A stretch of DNA of 62,039 nt, the filler included, from Choristocarpus tenellus KU-1152 (lineage: Eukaryota; Protista; Phaeophyceae), in NCBI GenBank assembly GCA_964200185.2. It is 12 parts of 12 records of this genome, joined end to end, with 100 filler letters (N's around TTAATTAATTAA, not from the genome) between each part and the next. Parts side by side here need not be neighbours in the genome. Positions count along the whole stretch, not along the records: positions 22,944 to 29,890 come from CAXNAD020006995.1; positions 29,991 to 34,533 come from CAXNAD020014075.1; positions 34,634 to 39,440 come from CAXNAD020012984.1; positions 39,541 to 49,720 come from CAXNAD020003098.1; 8 more parts are not named here. One strand, written 5' to 3'. The stretch's first letter is position 1, and the number at the start of each line of letters is the position of its first letter. A model generated the notes under the pieces. That model ran no database searches and was not told where the DNA came from. It saw only the letters and a program-made list of their open reading frames with translations. A program made the translations under genes and the position numbers. Positions 26,428-39,683 of this stretch are shown here, in pieces.

Positions 26428-29256
26428 ATGGCTCACAAGGTGCAACTGGCACTCTATGACCTGTCGAGAGGCCTTGCGAAGTGTGAGTTATTGGTGCTGA
26501 GTATGCAGTTGATGTTTAAAAAAATTGTCCTTGTGATCAGAACCTCGCCTGCTCCACCTTCTAATGGACGCCAGTGTAAAGTGCACAGATTTTCATCTTC
26601 ACGAACTCATGGCTCCTCTTCTCTCTATGAGTGTGCGATAGATGCAACTCGGCAACAATGACGACCCCCAAGTTGACCGAACCCTTTCTAACCGCACACG
26701 CTGACGTATCCACTCGCAGCCATGTCCATGGCGATACTCGGCAAACAAATCGACGGGATCTGGCACACAGGAGTAATCGTCTACGGGAAGTGGGTATACA
26801 CGCAGTTGCAACCGCTTTTTTTGTGTGTTTTTATATGTAAGAGTACTCGAAAGTTGGATGGTGAACTTCCAACTTCCGCAGCTTGGATATTTTGCTTCCT
26901 TGCAAGTACTCCCAACCTCGCTCTGCAACCTTAATCTTCAACCGATGACCCCGACCTACTCATATTCCCTTCCTGCCTTCGCTTGTGTTAGGGAGTATTT
27001 CTTTGGAGGTGGTCTGCAGAGCATGCCACATGATGTCTTTGTTGCCTCACATGGTGGTGTTGGTCCCAATGAGTACATCGACATGGGAGCAACCGACCTT
27101 CCCCAGGTGAGCGGGCATTTAGTCTCTGCTCCCAATCCATGACCAAATCCTTGAAAGGGAGTTAGTCTTAAATGCCTGAACTTGATCTTCACAACTCGCT
27201 CTCAACAGTAGTAGATCTGAGGTCCTCTGAAATTGATCCACTACTTAGTTTTCGTCCGGATTTCGCCATGATTCATAAGCATTCCTTTGGCCATGAAAGA
27301 GGTTTGTAGTGCCATGCATGTTGCAGACAAGAATGTGCACTCTGTCTAACAATCTAGTATGGTCTGTCCTAACAACTGAAGTAATATGTTACGCTATATC
27401 CCCACGTAAGGATGTCTTCGAAGACTTCAATCGCGAGATCAGCAGCCGCTACACGGCGCAAACCTACGACCTGCTCAAGCACAATTGCAACAACTACTCC
27501 GACGAGGTCACTACCTTCCTTCTAGGGAAGGGGATTCCTGAATGTGAATAGAAGCAAGCCATACCTTCCGATGTTGAGTGTGTCCAAAGTTGTTGGTATC
27601 ACGACAACCAGAGTCGAAGCAGTTAACTACTTGACCATAGTCCTCACGGCATATACGAGTGTGAAGACCCAATCTGAGAAAATTTCGCCCTTCCCTTACC
27701 TGACTTGTTCTTGTCAAACCTTTTTGCTGGTGTCTCTGTGACCTCTGTGCAGACATTATCAACTTACCCAATGAGGTGTTGAACTCTCCAATGGGGGGCA
27801 TGCTTCGTCCCATGCTGGAGCAGATGACCATGCAGGTGTTCCGAGCCACCTTAATGCACTAAAAAATCATTCTGCAGAAGCAGTCTGTACCCACTGTGAT
27901 CAGTCATTACTGCTCCCGCAGCCTCACTGCATTCTAATACCTCCTTTTTTTTCTTTTTTTGAGGCATTTAGACCCAAATCTGCCCACCATACTCTCATCT
28001 CCTTCACCCCCCTGTACTCATTATGCTATCATGATCTCCTTACACTTCGGATATCAGATGAATGGAGCCGACCCTTTTGCAGCTTCACACCAGCAACCCA
28101 ATGGCGTGGGAGGCGGAGTTGGTGATAATGGTGTTGGTCCACCAGTTCCCCTTGCACCTGCCCCATCCCCTAATCACAACACTGCGCCAAATTCAATGCG
28201 GGCAGTGGTAACCGGGTCAAGTGGCCAAGAATTTCCAGTTCTCGACAAGCACACAAAGCCTCTCGTGGGCTCAGATACAGGTGGCGCTGTGAGTGACCAT
28301 TGCAATAGGCAGATAAGGGAGTATTTGCCTATTTTCAGATAGGCCGGGAAATTGTAGGGGATGGCACAACTGCATGTGCCAGGGAATATTCTTGTTTTGG
28401 AATGATACTTGCTAGAGCTCTGGTTGGCTTGGAAATTGTTTTTGTTGTGTGTACATCTCTGGTGTGAGGGCAAGGGAATCACTTAGCACCGTGATGCTGT
28501 TGAAGTACCCTGTATTCTGATAATGGAGAGTGCCTACTACCAATTTCCATGCAACGGCCCTTACATATGCTAGTGAAATCTGTGCCCGTGCTCGTTGCAG
28601 TTCGTACTGGAAGTGGGAACTTACTGTGTTGAGTTTACCTGTTCCCTGCGACTGATTTCGTAGTGTTGTAAACTGAAGGCATGTATGATGAGTGTGAGTT
28701 CAATCAGCTCGAAGAGCTTCGTTTTGTTCAATTACAATCAAAACATACATGCAGCGCCCATTCATGCACAAGAAGTAACCAATCAAAACCACCCCTCAAT
28801 GTTTTTGTTTTTAATCAATCGTGATTAAATTGAATGATAGTGATACAATCGATCCGATTTCATAACACTAAGGTTTTGAGAAGGGATTCAATATTTTAGC
28901 CTACATGACTCAGCCTTTGATGTTATCTCTCCCCTCTTCCCCCCCCTCCCCCCCCAAAAAACTCTCTAACTCTCCCATACTGCACTGGGAAACCTGGAAG
29001 GCGGCTACTGTAGCGGCAAGGCTCAAGGCCATTGGGGCTGGTGTGGAGGGTTTGCTGAGCAAGGAAGAGTCTGCCCTGCTTGATGCCCTGCCAGCCTCCC
29101 TCTTGAGCAGTAAGGGCACCCCTGTCTGTCCAGGAAGCTATGCCCTCTTGCTTAAGATCCTGAAAAAGCCATCAAAATGGTCAGAAAAGTGAGAAATTTT
29201 GACATCACACCGTGTACTAGTATGTGAAATTCAAGAAGAAAATAAGTGTTTTTGGA

Positions 29257-29295
<39 letters not shown>

Positions 29296-29890
29296 CTCTG
29301 ATGTTCTTGTGATGCCACTTCCATGTAGTCAAGTAGCTACCCTCTTTTAAGAGGAGGAAGAGCGAGAGGTGTGCATTCAGGAAGGGTACCTTTTGATCCA
29401 CGTGTGACTTTCTAGTCAGCTTCATAGTGCTGGTGCATGTGACTCTTGGGATTGCCACCAAGTTCTTTAGTTGCAACAGATGGAGTTTACTGTTTGAAAT
29501 TGTATTTTTGGTCTTGTTTTCCCCTGCAAGGACAGCTGGGGATCCTGACTATGTGCACGGGGGCTTTAGCACCTGGTGATGCCATCAATTATCCATGCCT
29601 GAGTTGTTACGCGCTGGAAAGCACAAGCTCGTTTCATTGGTGGGCAAATATTTGATCTGTATCCAGGAGTTGGATATTTATTATTCCTGATATCATCCCC
29701 TGAACTAGGAATGTTCCTTTGTCCAAAATGTGCAGAGCCGAGTTTTTGGCGTTATTGATCCTTAGCCTGGTGGTCTTGCATGCTTTGGAGGGACAGGAGC
29801 ACATGGCAACAATTTCAGAGGTGTTGAGGCGTGTGCAGATAGAGGGCGACTTCTCGGACAAGGCAAGGGCAGGGAGTGAGACCCCCTCCC
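26428..29890 (+). CDS. DESI1: PPPDE/DeSI-family desumoylating isopeptidase with C-terminal extension (possibly PUL); exons 26428-26482, 26720-26789, 26992-27106, 27411-27543, 27753-27835, 28058-28288, 29001-29188, 29736-about 29862; 3' truncated by contig end
   Basis: Spliced MAHKVQLALYDLSRGLAKSMSMAILGKQIDGIWHTGVIVYGKEYFFGGG...YDLLKHNCNNYSDEV; catalytic His (WHTG) and Cys (NCN); all junctions keep frame. Confidence 0.92.
29258..29293. repeat. (GT)n microsatellite; similar tracts near 19339-19360 and 37879-37905
   Basis: Direct dinucleotide run. Confidence 0.9.
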
Positions 29891-30115
29891 NNNNNNNNNN
29901 NNNNNNNNNNNNNNNNNNNNNNNNNNNNNNNNNNTTAATTAATTAANNNNNNNNNNNNNNNNNNNNNNNNNNNNNNNNNNNNNNNNNNNNGGGGTGGATC
30001 AAAGTCGAGGTAATGATCTTATGTGTGGGGATGGGAGTGGGTACTTCGCGGTGAGGGTAAGACCCTAAACCTAATCTTTCATCCTCGATACAAGTTCAAT
30101 TCTTAACTCCTCCGA

Positions 30116-30146
30116 GGTTAGGGTTAGGGTTAGGGTTAGGGTTAGG
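30116..30146 (+). repeat. Interstitial telomere-like (TTAGGG)n, about 5 units
   Basis: GGTTAGGGTTAGGGTTAGGGTTAGGGTTAGG. Confidence 0.85.
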
Positions 30147-30317
30147 AGTACATGATATTCGTAAAAAGAAAAACACTCGGCTATAAAGATGCCAGTAAGC
30201 AGGACATTTTGAGACCTCTGACTGTTCACCTCTTAGCATCCCTGCCAACCCACAACCTCCAGCCGGCTTCAGCTGAGAAGAATGGCCTCACCACATATCC
30301 CCTATAACTAACTCTCC

Positions 30318-30370
<53 letters not shown>

Positions 30371-30664
30371 TGAAGCCCCCCTCTCACAAAAAAATATATT
30401 TTACCGTCAACTCAATCCTCAAAAGCACAACAGAATGCGATGAGTTCTTCCAGAATGGATCAGATCAAGTGGATCAGATCAAATGAGCTCCTCTTAAAAA
30501 ATGAGTCTAAGCCCCCTCCTCTGACCAGTGAGCAGTAGTACACAATGGAATTATCACTGCCCTATGGATGCAACCAAAAAAGCAATGCAGTACTGAAGAA
30601 TAGGTTAGGGATAGGGCTTAGGATCATATTGACAAAAGGGTGCTCATCTGAACAAACTGCTTAC

Positions 30665-32978
30665 CAGGGCAGCAGCCCAGCAGCACGATTCCAGCTGCCA
30701 GCGCTGGTGGGAGCCTGAAGAGTCTTGACACAAGGAATCCCAAGAGGGGCTGCACACGAGCAAATAACAGAAGCAAGACATGGGAAGGGAAGCTGATGTT
30801 TTTTGGTGGGGGGATCAGGATCTACCGATAGAAACAGGTGAGGACCAATGCACCACAAACATCACTCATTGAACAGATAACCTCACACATACAATACTCA
30901 CAATTGAATGCAGAGATGATCTGCACATGCAAAGATGCTACGTAGTACTACACACCTCGTCCATGCAGACACATCCACATCCACCCCCATATGCTTTGAC
31001 CAGAAGACTTCACCCACCATGTTGGCATTGCCATTTTGCACACCCCAAATCATCAAGATTTCCCTACTGATTACACACTCAAAATAACAAGAGCCTACCA
31101 GCCTACACCTGCGTACTTGTCAGAAAAATCAAATTCTTGAGCATTTTTTGCTGCAAACGGGAGTATTTTTCACAACAAAAACGCCTTCATATTGTACGGT
31201 TCAATTTCTCATCAGGAAAAAAAAAGAGGAAACAGAAAAAAACAAAAAAAACAGTGTTGCATTTGTAAGCAGCATTCATATGGATACTTTTTAAAACTCA
31301 GAATCAGGGGAACTTGGGTGAAAGAAAGGCAAACTGAACCCAGAACTACGGTCATGATGATATCGGTACTTCTTCATATATCCTACTCCAAAAACTAATG
31401 GAGGGTTTCCATGAAAGTTGCAGGAACAGAATTAAATGAGCTGAGAATGTATAGTGCAAGTTGCACTTCACCAGCTGGAACATAAACTCGTCAGAAATAC
31501 ATCCAATGAATGTAAACTGTCAAAATCGCCTATTACAATACAACTCCCAAAGATTTTATCTTTATCTCTCTATCAAAACACGTTCAGCCGGCACACCAAA
31601 CTCTTCTTTTTTACTGTGTCCCATGAAGTCCTCTCAATACAACTGTCTCCAGCATCTCGTGGTGGACCACATTCCACAAAAATAGGATTGGCGCTTTTCA
31701 CACAAAACGACGATTCCAAGGGACCTTTTTAGGTCACGGCGAGTACCAAAAAGGGGATTGTGTATGTGGTATTTCTTGGAGTGGCACTATGCTCTCAAAG
31801 CAAGGAATACTTTGCTTCTGTGCGATGTAGAAAGAGAAGCACAGCTGTCAAAATGTTCTTCGAGGGTCTCATTAACCCTGATTCCAGTCCATACCATAGC
31901 AGAGCACGTGTTACCAGCTCACTGCTGGAGCCAGCAACTCTTATCTACTCGCTTTCCTTATTAATATGGGTCTGCTCTTCCCAGCATAGATTTGGCCCTT
32001 AACTTATCCTGGTACTTCCCATCAACTTCAGCGGGATATACCAACCGAAATCAGATTGGAAAGGTCACATTTTCCGCTGGACATGAATGGAGGTGATTGA
32101 ACGAAACCTCTAGAATGTAGAAGGATGGACTCACCATGATTGTGTACTGCGCCAAAACGCCAGCGAGGACTCTCTTTGGTCTCCGTGCAATAGCTTTGAA
32201 ATCCTCCACTCGAAGAGTCATGCCCATGCAGACCTAGCAGCGGTAAATGCCGGGGTGTGTAAAGGAAATGGGCTTTAAAGCGTCAAGCAGTGCTCGGAGA
32301 CAACAATATATCAACACAGATCAACAGTAAGGATGGATACATGTCAGACATCAACATGTAAGGAAACCCGCATTAAGGCGTTCGGATGGGAATATCATGT
32401 TTCCAACGATATATATAATGGATTCAACGATTAACGTGAATCGTTTTGTGCTGGGGTGTGGGGAGGGCGACAAGGCACTCTCATTCAATATCGAACCCAG
32501 TTCGAAAACTAACCACCATGAGGTCTGCATATTTGTGCTATTATTACTGCATGGTCAGGCTGAAACGCACCATGTTGAAAGCCAGAGCAGTCGTGATGAG
32601 CTCGCTGGTGAGCCAGGTCAGTGTTGAGGGCTTCTTAAGACCCAGTATGGCAGTCCCAAGGACCCATATCGGGAAAGCACTTGTAGCTTGCTCGAATCCC
32701 TTCTCCAGTTTACGAGAGAAAAGGTGCCATGCACCTTTTGATCTGTCCAGGCGTGACATATACCCAGCACTAGTCATAGATACCAGAGAGGATCTCCCCT
32801 GATGCCGGGGAATGGGACCCACAACATGATGGGAAAGAGAGTGAGGCTTGGCAACACTGCCCGAGATGAGACAACCTGAAGGTGGACTAATATGTTGGCC
32901 AGCCAATGAAAATCCATTTCCAATGTGGAAACAGGTCACCACCAGAAGGAGGAATAAGGCACCTCGGTAGCCCATCAT
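30665..32978 (-). CDS. Bile acid:sodium symporter (BASS/SBF) family transporter, probably plastid-targeted; exons 32978-32571, 32233-32135, 30749-30665; 3' truncated
   Basis: FPIWV...ALAFNM|VCMGMTLRVEDFKAIARRPKRVLAGVLAQYTIM|PLLGFLVSRLFRLPPALAAGIVLLGCCPG matches SBF motifs; N-terminal signal peptide followed by Phe (GNG-FSL) and a Ser-rich transit-like region. Confidence 0.9.
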
Positions 32979-34661
32979 ATCTCTTCCGCGCTACAAGTGA
33001 GACACAGTTACCAGTTGGTACCATCTACACACATACATATGCAACGTTTGCATGAAGAAAAATTGAAAAGAAATCTTGGTCCTTTGTACGACCGACCGAT
33101 TTATCAAGTGATGGGGAACTCATTCCCACATCCTACGCTCACAATATAAGAACGATGTTTGTACCAATCCAATTATTGAACCAACTCTACTAGTTCTGGT
33201 TTGCACAATCCCTAGACATTCCCACCACTATTATGGGGCAACTTCCACGTCACTGGATTGAATGGAAGCCTTCTAGCATAAGGTCTGTCTGCCCCACCTC
33301 TTGTGTCCTTCCTCAGATGAGCGATTTGTAGGTGTTGTTGTCCCCTTCTTGAGCGCAATTGACTCCAGAATCGCCTGCAATGTCATCCACACCAAGGTCC
33401 TTGAGACTTCTGTGGAGCGAGGCCTGTGGATGGTCAACTGTTCTGCCAATGAACACAGCATCATTCGGCTCCTGATGGGGATAACCTTTGCGACCTTCAG
33501 AATCTTGGCCAGATATGGAGCCATAGCGGCCACTCTTCACCTTCCAGGGGCTGCTAACGGCAGGATCAAGGATGCCCTGGTCCTTCCGCTACCTGCAAGA
33601 CTTCCATAGGATAGTCTGGTGATACTCATTCAGGAGATGTCCACTGTGCCAGCAAATCATTTGAAGTCCCCCCAGACCTGAGCACCATTCCTACTGGTTG
33701 CTAGGGGATCGCAGTCACTGAATCTGTCAGCTTCTTCCTCTTTCATATCTCAGCACCCCCTTTCCTCCCTTCCCAAATATGGTTTGAATATGGTAGGAAA
33801 ACCTTTTATCGGGTCCTTCAAATCTCGAGGTCTGTTTATCCTCTCTTCACGCTGGGGGACAGGAGCCTGCACTTCCCTTAACAATTTCAAAAGTTAGGAT
33901 AATCAACAATCCACTTCCCCACATTCCAACCCCACAAACTGGTTGTGTTTTAAAAATAGTGGTATGAAGGGAGTGAGACGGACTAATTTCCATATCAATC
34001 TCGTATTTTCAGATAGAGGTAGTAAAAAGATGCGATTAGATCAATATCTTAGTTGTACATAGTGTGTGATATTACCGAAGGAAGTAGTATTCAAGATTTT
34101 TTATGCATCTTTGTGATAACACAATTCAACACCACTCAACACCACTCCACAATCATCCAAGAACCCCCCTTCATCATCCTCTTCATGCCGTGCCTTTGAA
34201 CTAGAAGACATCTACCCCGCCCGAACTTGACCTCCCCTCCCACCCTAAGATCCAAGTTGATCGTGAGCAAGCGACAGGGCGGGTGGGCGGGAAAGCTTGC
34301 TCGGGGGTCCTCTTGATCTAGCCCTCCTTGTCTTGTCACCCCAGCCTCAGGTTTCCTCTTCGATTCAATACTGTTCATTCCTTCTCCCCTTGTGCCTCCG
34401 TCTGCCACCTATTTTCTTAACCACTCAATCTTCACCTCTTCATTCCCTCCTTGATACTTCTATTTCTTTACTGTCCCCTTCCTTGCCTTGTGCCCCCTGT
34501 GCAAAATAGGACAATAGTGAGGTGTACCTTATTNNNNNNNNNNNNNNNNNNNNNNNNNNNNNNNNNNNNNNNNNNNNTTAATTAATTAANNNNNNNNNNN
34601 NNNNNNNNNNNNNNNNNNNNNNNNNNNNNNNNNCCAAGATAATTTGACCCAGTTGTGTTAA

Positions 34662-34904
34662 GAGTCAAAGTATCTTAGAGGGTAGAGCCGCGTCCATTTG
34701 GGGGCCAAAATCCAATGTTGCAGTTTTGATATAATTTTCCTATTGTGTTTGTTAGGAAGTGTCCATATCCTTGTTCCAGACACACCTTTTCATAACGTAC
34801 ATATTTACCTTCTCAGAAATATTTTGGAGTAGGAAAAATGAGGGCAGCCAAGACCCAAATGGACAAACAGGGCAAAACTCGTACCCTCTAAGATAACTTC
34901 ACTC
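34662..34904. mobile_element. Complete MITE, family B (243 bp); a second MITE end lies at 34634-34650
   Basis: GAGTCAAAGTATCTTAGAGGGTAG...GTACCCTCTAAGATAACTTCACTC; colinear with 50899-51157 and the reverse of 16117-16381. Confidence 0.9.
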
Positions 34905-35729
34905 TAAGTTCACGAAGAGAAACCGTCTATTACACTCATCCCACCTATAGACCTGATATCTTCCCGAGCTCTACATTTCAAGTAATATCTAAACTGCACT
35001 TCCTCTACAAGATTGTCGCAGGTACACTATTCCTACCCTGACCCCATTATTTTTTCTCTTTTTATCGTGAACTCCATGGGATAACCATGTTTGTGACATA
35101 CACGGCGCACTCTATACTACCCGTCCCCATCCACCCTGTACACTGTAACTCTGGCAGCTCGAGTCATTTACTCCTTGAACCAGGCACAACGAGCAGCAAG
35201 ACAAGCAAGGTAGAACATCTAACCAAATTTCCACCTCTATTCACGGGAAGGACGAGAACCGTTGCATCTCACACATGGGATGGACACTCCAGGGACGTTT
35301 CGAGACCTTACCAACACAGGGATTCAAGTCGCCAACTCCCAAAGCACACACCTCCCAATAATGCCGAAAAGGTATTGCTCACCCCCCATCACCGATTCCC
35401 GCACGCCCATTCAATTTGGGACCCACTAGAAAATACGGGAATAGTTCGTAAATGATGCGTACGAAACAAGAGGAGAATTTCCGCAACATACTATACGACA
35501 TTGAACCGATATCTTAGAATAAGAAAAGTGACGACACGCCATATATTATCATAATTAAAGCGTCACATATTATAGCAAATCCGTAGGGCTAGGGTCCATT
35601 CCTTTGAACAAGACCCTAACATTAAACCCCACGGCAGATATCCATTATCGTGACTCAAACACACTCAACTTTTCTCTATCAGCCAGACAACAATATTCCT
35701 GTCGCTTCAGAGTTCATTGGGAGACTAAA

Positions 35730-35940
35730 CATTATTTGTTTTTCGTCAATCACGTATGTAATGACCATATTTTCTAACCTGTCGATCGATGGCATAAAAA
35801 TAGGAATTCAACAGACCAGACGTTACTTGTTTTTCGTCAAACACGCACACAATGCACATATTTTCCAACCTGTCAATCGACAGCATAAAAATAGCAATTC
35901 AACAGCTCATGGAGTGATTTCTTTTTCGTCAAACACACAT
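35730..35940. repeat. Degenerate tandem repeat, about 90-95 bp, about 2.3 units
   Basis: TTTTTCGTCAA.CAC recurs near 35739, 35830 and 35923, with CATATTTTC.AACCTGTC.ATCGA..GCATAAAAATAG.AATTCAACAG twice. Confidence 0.7.
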
Positions 35941-37869
35941 CCAATCATAGCGCAAAGGATGACCATTCCTTTGCAGAGTTTACCTAGATGCTTCACTATT
36001 AGTGTGTGTTGCGGACCTGTCCCCCTCCCCCAGGGCAGGTACGAGCATGTCTAGTGTCCACATTATGCCTCCTGCACCCAGCCACTGGACACCTGTTGGA
36101 TAGATAGGGCGTCCTCCCTTGCTGGGGATCTGCTATTAGTGTTACATGTCTACATTTGTTTTGGTGACTGGAAACCAATAGCGAAAATTGGACATATTTA
36201 GTTAGTTGGTCATGGTATTCTGGTGGTGGTTATTGGGCAGTGGTTTGTGGTCATATATCGTAAGAACAAAGTGTTTGGGGCAAGTACAATTTTGTATGGG
36301 TTAGTACAGAAGAAAATATTTGTCATTTTTTGTCCCTCCGATTCCAACGCTAAGGGCGCTACAGGGCGCTCTAGGTATGTTGTAGTTGAATGACAAAAAT
36401 TCATGTGTTACGATTTCACTTTGTCGAACTCGCTTGTTTTGTGTTTGTTTGGTCCTTGGAGGTGCCTGCAACGAACCCTACCCACCCTGTCGCAGAACAC
36501 TCGGTGGGTGATCTGACGGTCGTGGCGATGTAAGCGGCCGCAAACAGTTGCCACTGGCCAATTAGAGTACGTACGGCCTCTTAAGTACTATTTGCTATTT
36601 TCCAATGTCATATTGACATACATCCGGTCTGTTATCACGCGCCATATTGCTGTTTTTCAAGCTGCTGTAAATCTGAGAAGCATGAGATCCTTAGTATTTT
36701 CTGAGCAATTCTGTGGATAGAGAGGCAAATATCGATCAAGATGTTAACGGAAGGATGCGGCGTTCATTCCCAGTCCCTCTAAATGTTATAGGGGGCCATT
36801 AGTCACCCTCACAACCAGCAATCGAAACGACGTATTGGTACAGTTCGCCTGTTCACACTGACGGATGAAAACGAGATATGTTTCTTTTTGTAGTCCCACC
36901 TTTGATTAGGACCTTATTCTTTTCTCCTCTGGCTGTGAAGTTCTTGAACTCTGAAATTGCAAGATGGAGTGACGTACGTTTTGGACGAGGAATTACATTG
37001 CTCAGACTCGTTGTGCCTTGTTTTCTCGTTGGCTGGTAAAGCACGGATCTTAAAGTACTTCCCAGCCCAAGAGAATTTTTTGCTTATATGTGGTCGAGTA
37101 ATGGAGAAGGGTGGCGCCCGTGATCAAGTCGCTCTCCAAGGCATGCCTCACTATCCCACAACATTGCGTATCCTTTGCTGGTAAAGGAATATTCTGATAG
37201 AAGGTCTTACCATATAGTGTGTGTTTACCCCAACGAACTTGACTTCTTTCATATGTATCGTCTCGTTCGTACCTTACCCCTTGGACTTCTAAACTGAAGA
37301 GGTTGCCCGGAGAAGCACAACACGATAACATGAAGTGCCCCCACATATCCCACTTGTACTGAGTGGCCAATATTTCGATGCTATAACAACCTTTTCAGTT
37401 TTGGTTCAACTTCTTTTTTGTAACTCTGGGAGAACTAAGCCGCTCGTGGTGTCAATAGGTTTGTTCTTAAGAAAAAAAAATCTCCTATTCCCCTTCCCTA
37501 CATACTCCTTTCACTTCAGCTTTGTTGTCCTCATTTTCACTGCATCCATGTTGCCTGACTGTCGGAATTGTGTGTATTTCATGCAATGCGTTTGACTGGC
37601 TCCCTCCCCCTCACCCAATCAAACAACCGACTACTACAGTTGGAGATATCTTTTTGTGCGTGTCCCTCTCTCCCTGTCTGTCAAATGGTGTACGATGACA
37701 TTGTTTCCTCCTCCTTTCCCCGTTGGAAATATATATATGTATATATGTATCTAACTCATCTTATGTCAACGTTTCCAAGGAATCCAATGCAAAAATCCTT
37801 TTTGAAATCGGAGGTCATCCCGAAGAGGTACATGCATAAAGGCACAGACTTACAGGACAGAGTATACAT

Positions 37870-37911
<42 letters not shown>

Positions 37912-38989
37912 GTATCATCCCCCCCCCTGTTCTTAGAAACCCTTTCTCCAACCTTACCTCCATTCCTCAGCCGTCAACTGCCCCCTCCAACTCCCACCCC
38001 TACCACACCAACGTGTTTACTACAGTAAGAAATGTATGCCCCCTTAGACCTCAAGAACAAACTCTTGCATGCCGTAACCGAAAAAAAGGCATTAAATGAA
38101 TGGGGATGCCACCGGCGAAGGCAAGAAGGAAGTGGGGGGTGGGGGTGGTGCGAGCTGGAGGAGTGATGTGACGAGCGTTGTGTTCTGCGTGGTTTTGTGT
38201 GTGGCGGTGGCGTTACCCCTGGGATTGTGTCCACATGCTGCTCTCGTCATGGCAATACAGGCACAAATAAATAAAAAATAAATAAATATATATATATATA
38301 AAGAAAATACAGGACTTTGTGCTAGTGTGTAGTGGGGTATTGTGTTCTTTTTTTTCATGGACGATTTTTTTTCCCCTTGTTGTGTGGCGTATGACCTCGC
38401 TGCTGTAGTTTTATTTAGTTTTTTTTTGAAACCGCCTCTTTCAGGGGGAGGGTTTTGAAGTAATGGCCCTGGGCTGTACCCTGAACGAACGGTTGAAGCA
38501 GTCTTCAAGAAATAAATATAAAGATATATATATATAATTTAAAAAAAAGAAGTGCCATGGCGTCGCTTCGCTAGGTCATGGTAGGTTCCTCTCATGAACC
38601 CCCCCCCCGTGGATGAAGTTGGAAGAAGATGTAACTCCATTGGTCTAAACAAAAAATGTGTATGGCAGGGAGCACTGCTATTGGCTAGAGAGAGAAAAAA
38701 AAAAAGGTAGTACATGCGGACGTAATTTGGAAATTGGCATGCTCTGCCCTTTTTTTTTAATTGCTAAGAATGGAGGCACGGAAAGCTCTACATCGTTACA
38801 TATATTTTTATTATTATTATGCCCTGTGACGTTTTGTTAACATTTTGCAGATGTGCTATGGAGGGGAAAACACTAATGAAAAATTAGTCACGGGCCTGAA
38901 GAATCCCTAAATAGGTAACAGTTGTCACAGATGTGAGAGATGTTAGATCCGTTTCCTATTTTACTACCAGCGATCCTGTACCACTACCT

Positions 38990-39292
38990 TCCTGTGCCTC
39001 CAACCTAGTCCTGCACCCCAGGATGAGGAGCTAGGGAAGCAAGTATCCCAAGAATCTAACAAGCCCCTCCTTGCCCACCTCCCAGGGTGACTCCAGCTTA
39101 AAACGCATGACACGTCTAGATAGGGCTGCTTGCGTTGTGACTGAGACTATCTGACGCAGGCGGGATTTGAAGGCTCCTTTTCCGCTGTAGCCTCTAGTTC
39201 CTCTCCCCCCCTACCGTGTGCGTAGCTATCTCATCCAGAAAACCTTCTGCTTGCTTACCGAGGCGCGCCCAAGACTTTCCACCGTGAAGGTG
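38990..39292 (-). mobile_element. RLE-type non-LTR retrotransposon 3' fragment
   Basis: Aligns by eye to 23325-23610 (CTAGGGAAGC...CCCAAGAATCT.ACA.GCCCCTCCT). Confidence 0.7.
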
Positions 39293-39683
39293 TTCTTGAG
39301 GTTATGACTACAACATTCATATTGTGCACTATCATGGAATTGTTGTGGTGGTTTTCAAAATCATCGTTTTAAAAACGCCTCAACAAATGTCGCACCTCCC
39401 CACTCCCCGTAGACGACCTGTCTTTTTGTTATAGTACTTTNNNNNNNNNNNNNNNNNNNNNNNNNNNNNNNNNNNNNNNNNNNNTTAATTAATTAANNNN
39501 NNNNNNNNNNNNNNNNNNNNNNNNNNNNNNNNNNNNNNNNTTTCAAATATTCCCCTTTTTACAAAACCAAGAAATCAGCACAGCCATGTCAAATACTGCT
39601 CTACGACCCCCCCCCCCCCCACGCCGCCCTCCCCTTTGGTCTGCATGATGTTATTCTTGGTGTTACTTCAGTGCTGTTCTCAC

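Noticed and set aside
30319-30370. Very long poly-C tract (also 41397-41424)
   Set aside because: Homopolymer length is unreliable in short-read assemblies and no function can be supported.
36460-36565. Possible tRNA/SINE on the minus strand (TGGCCAGTGG ... GGTTCG)
   Set aside because: The B box is poor and I could not fold a cloverleaf.
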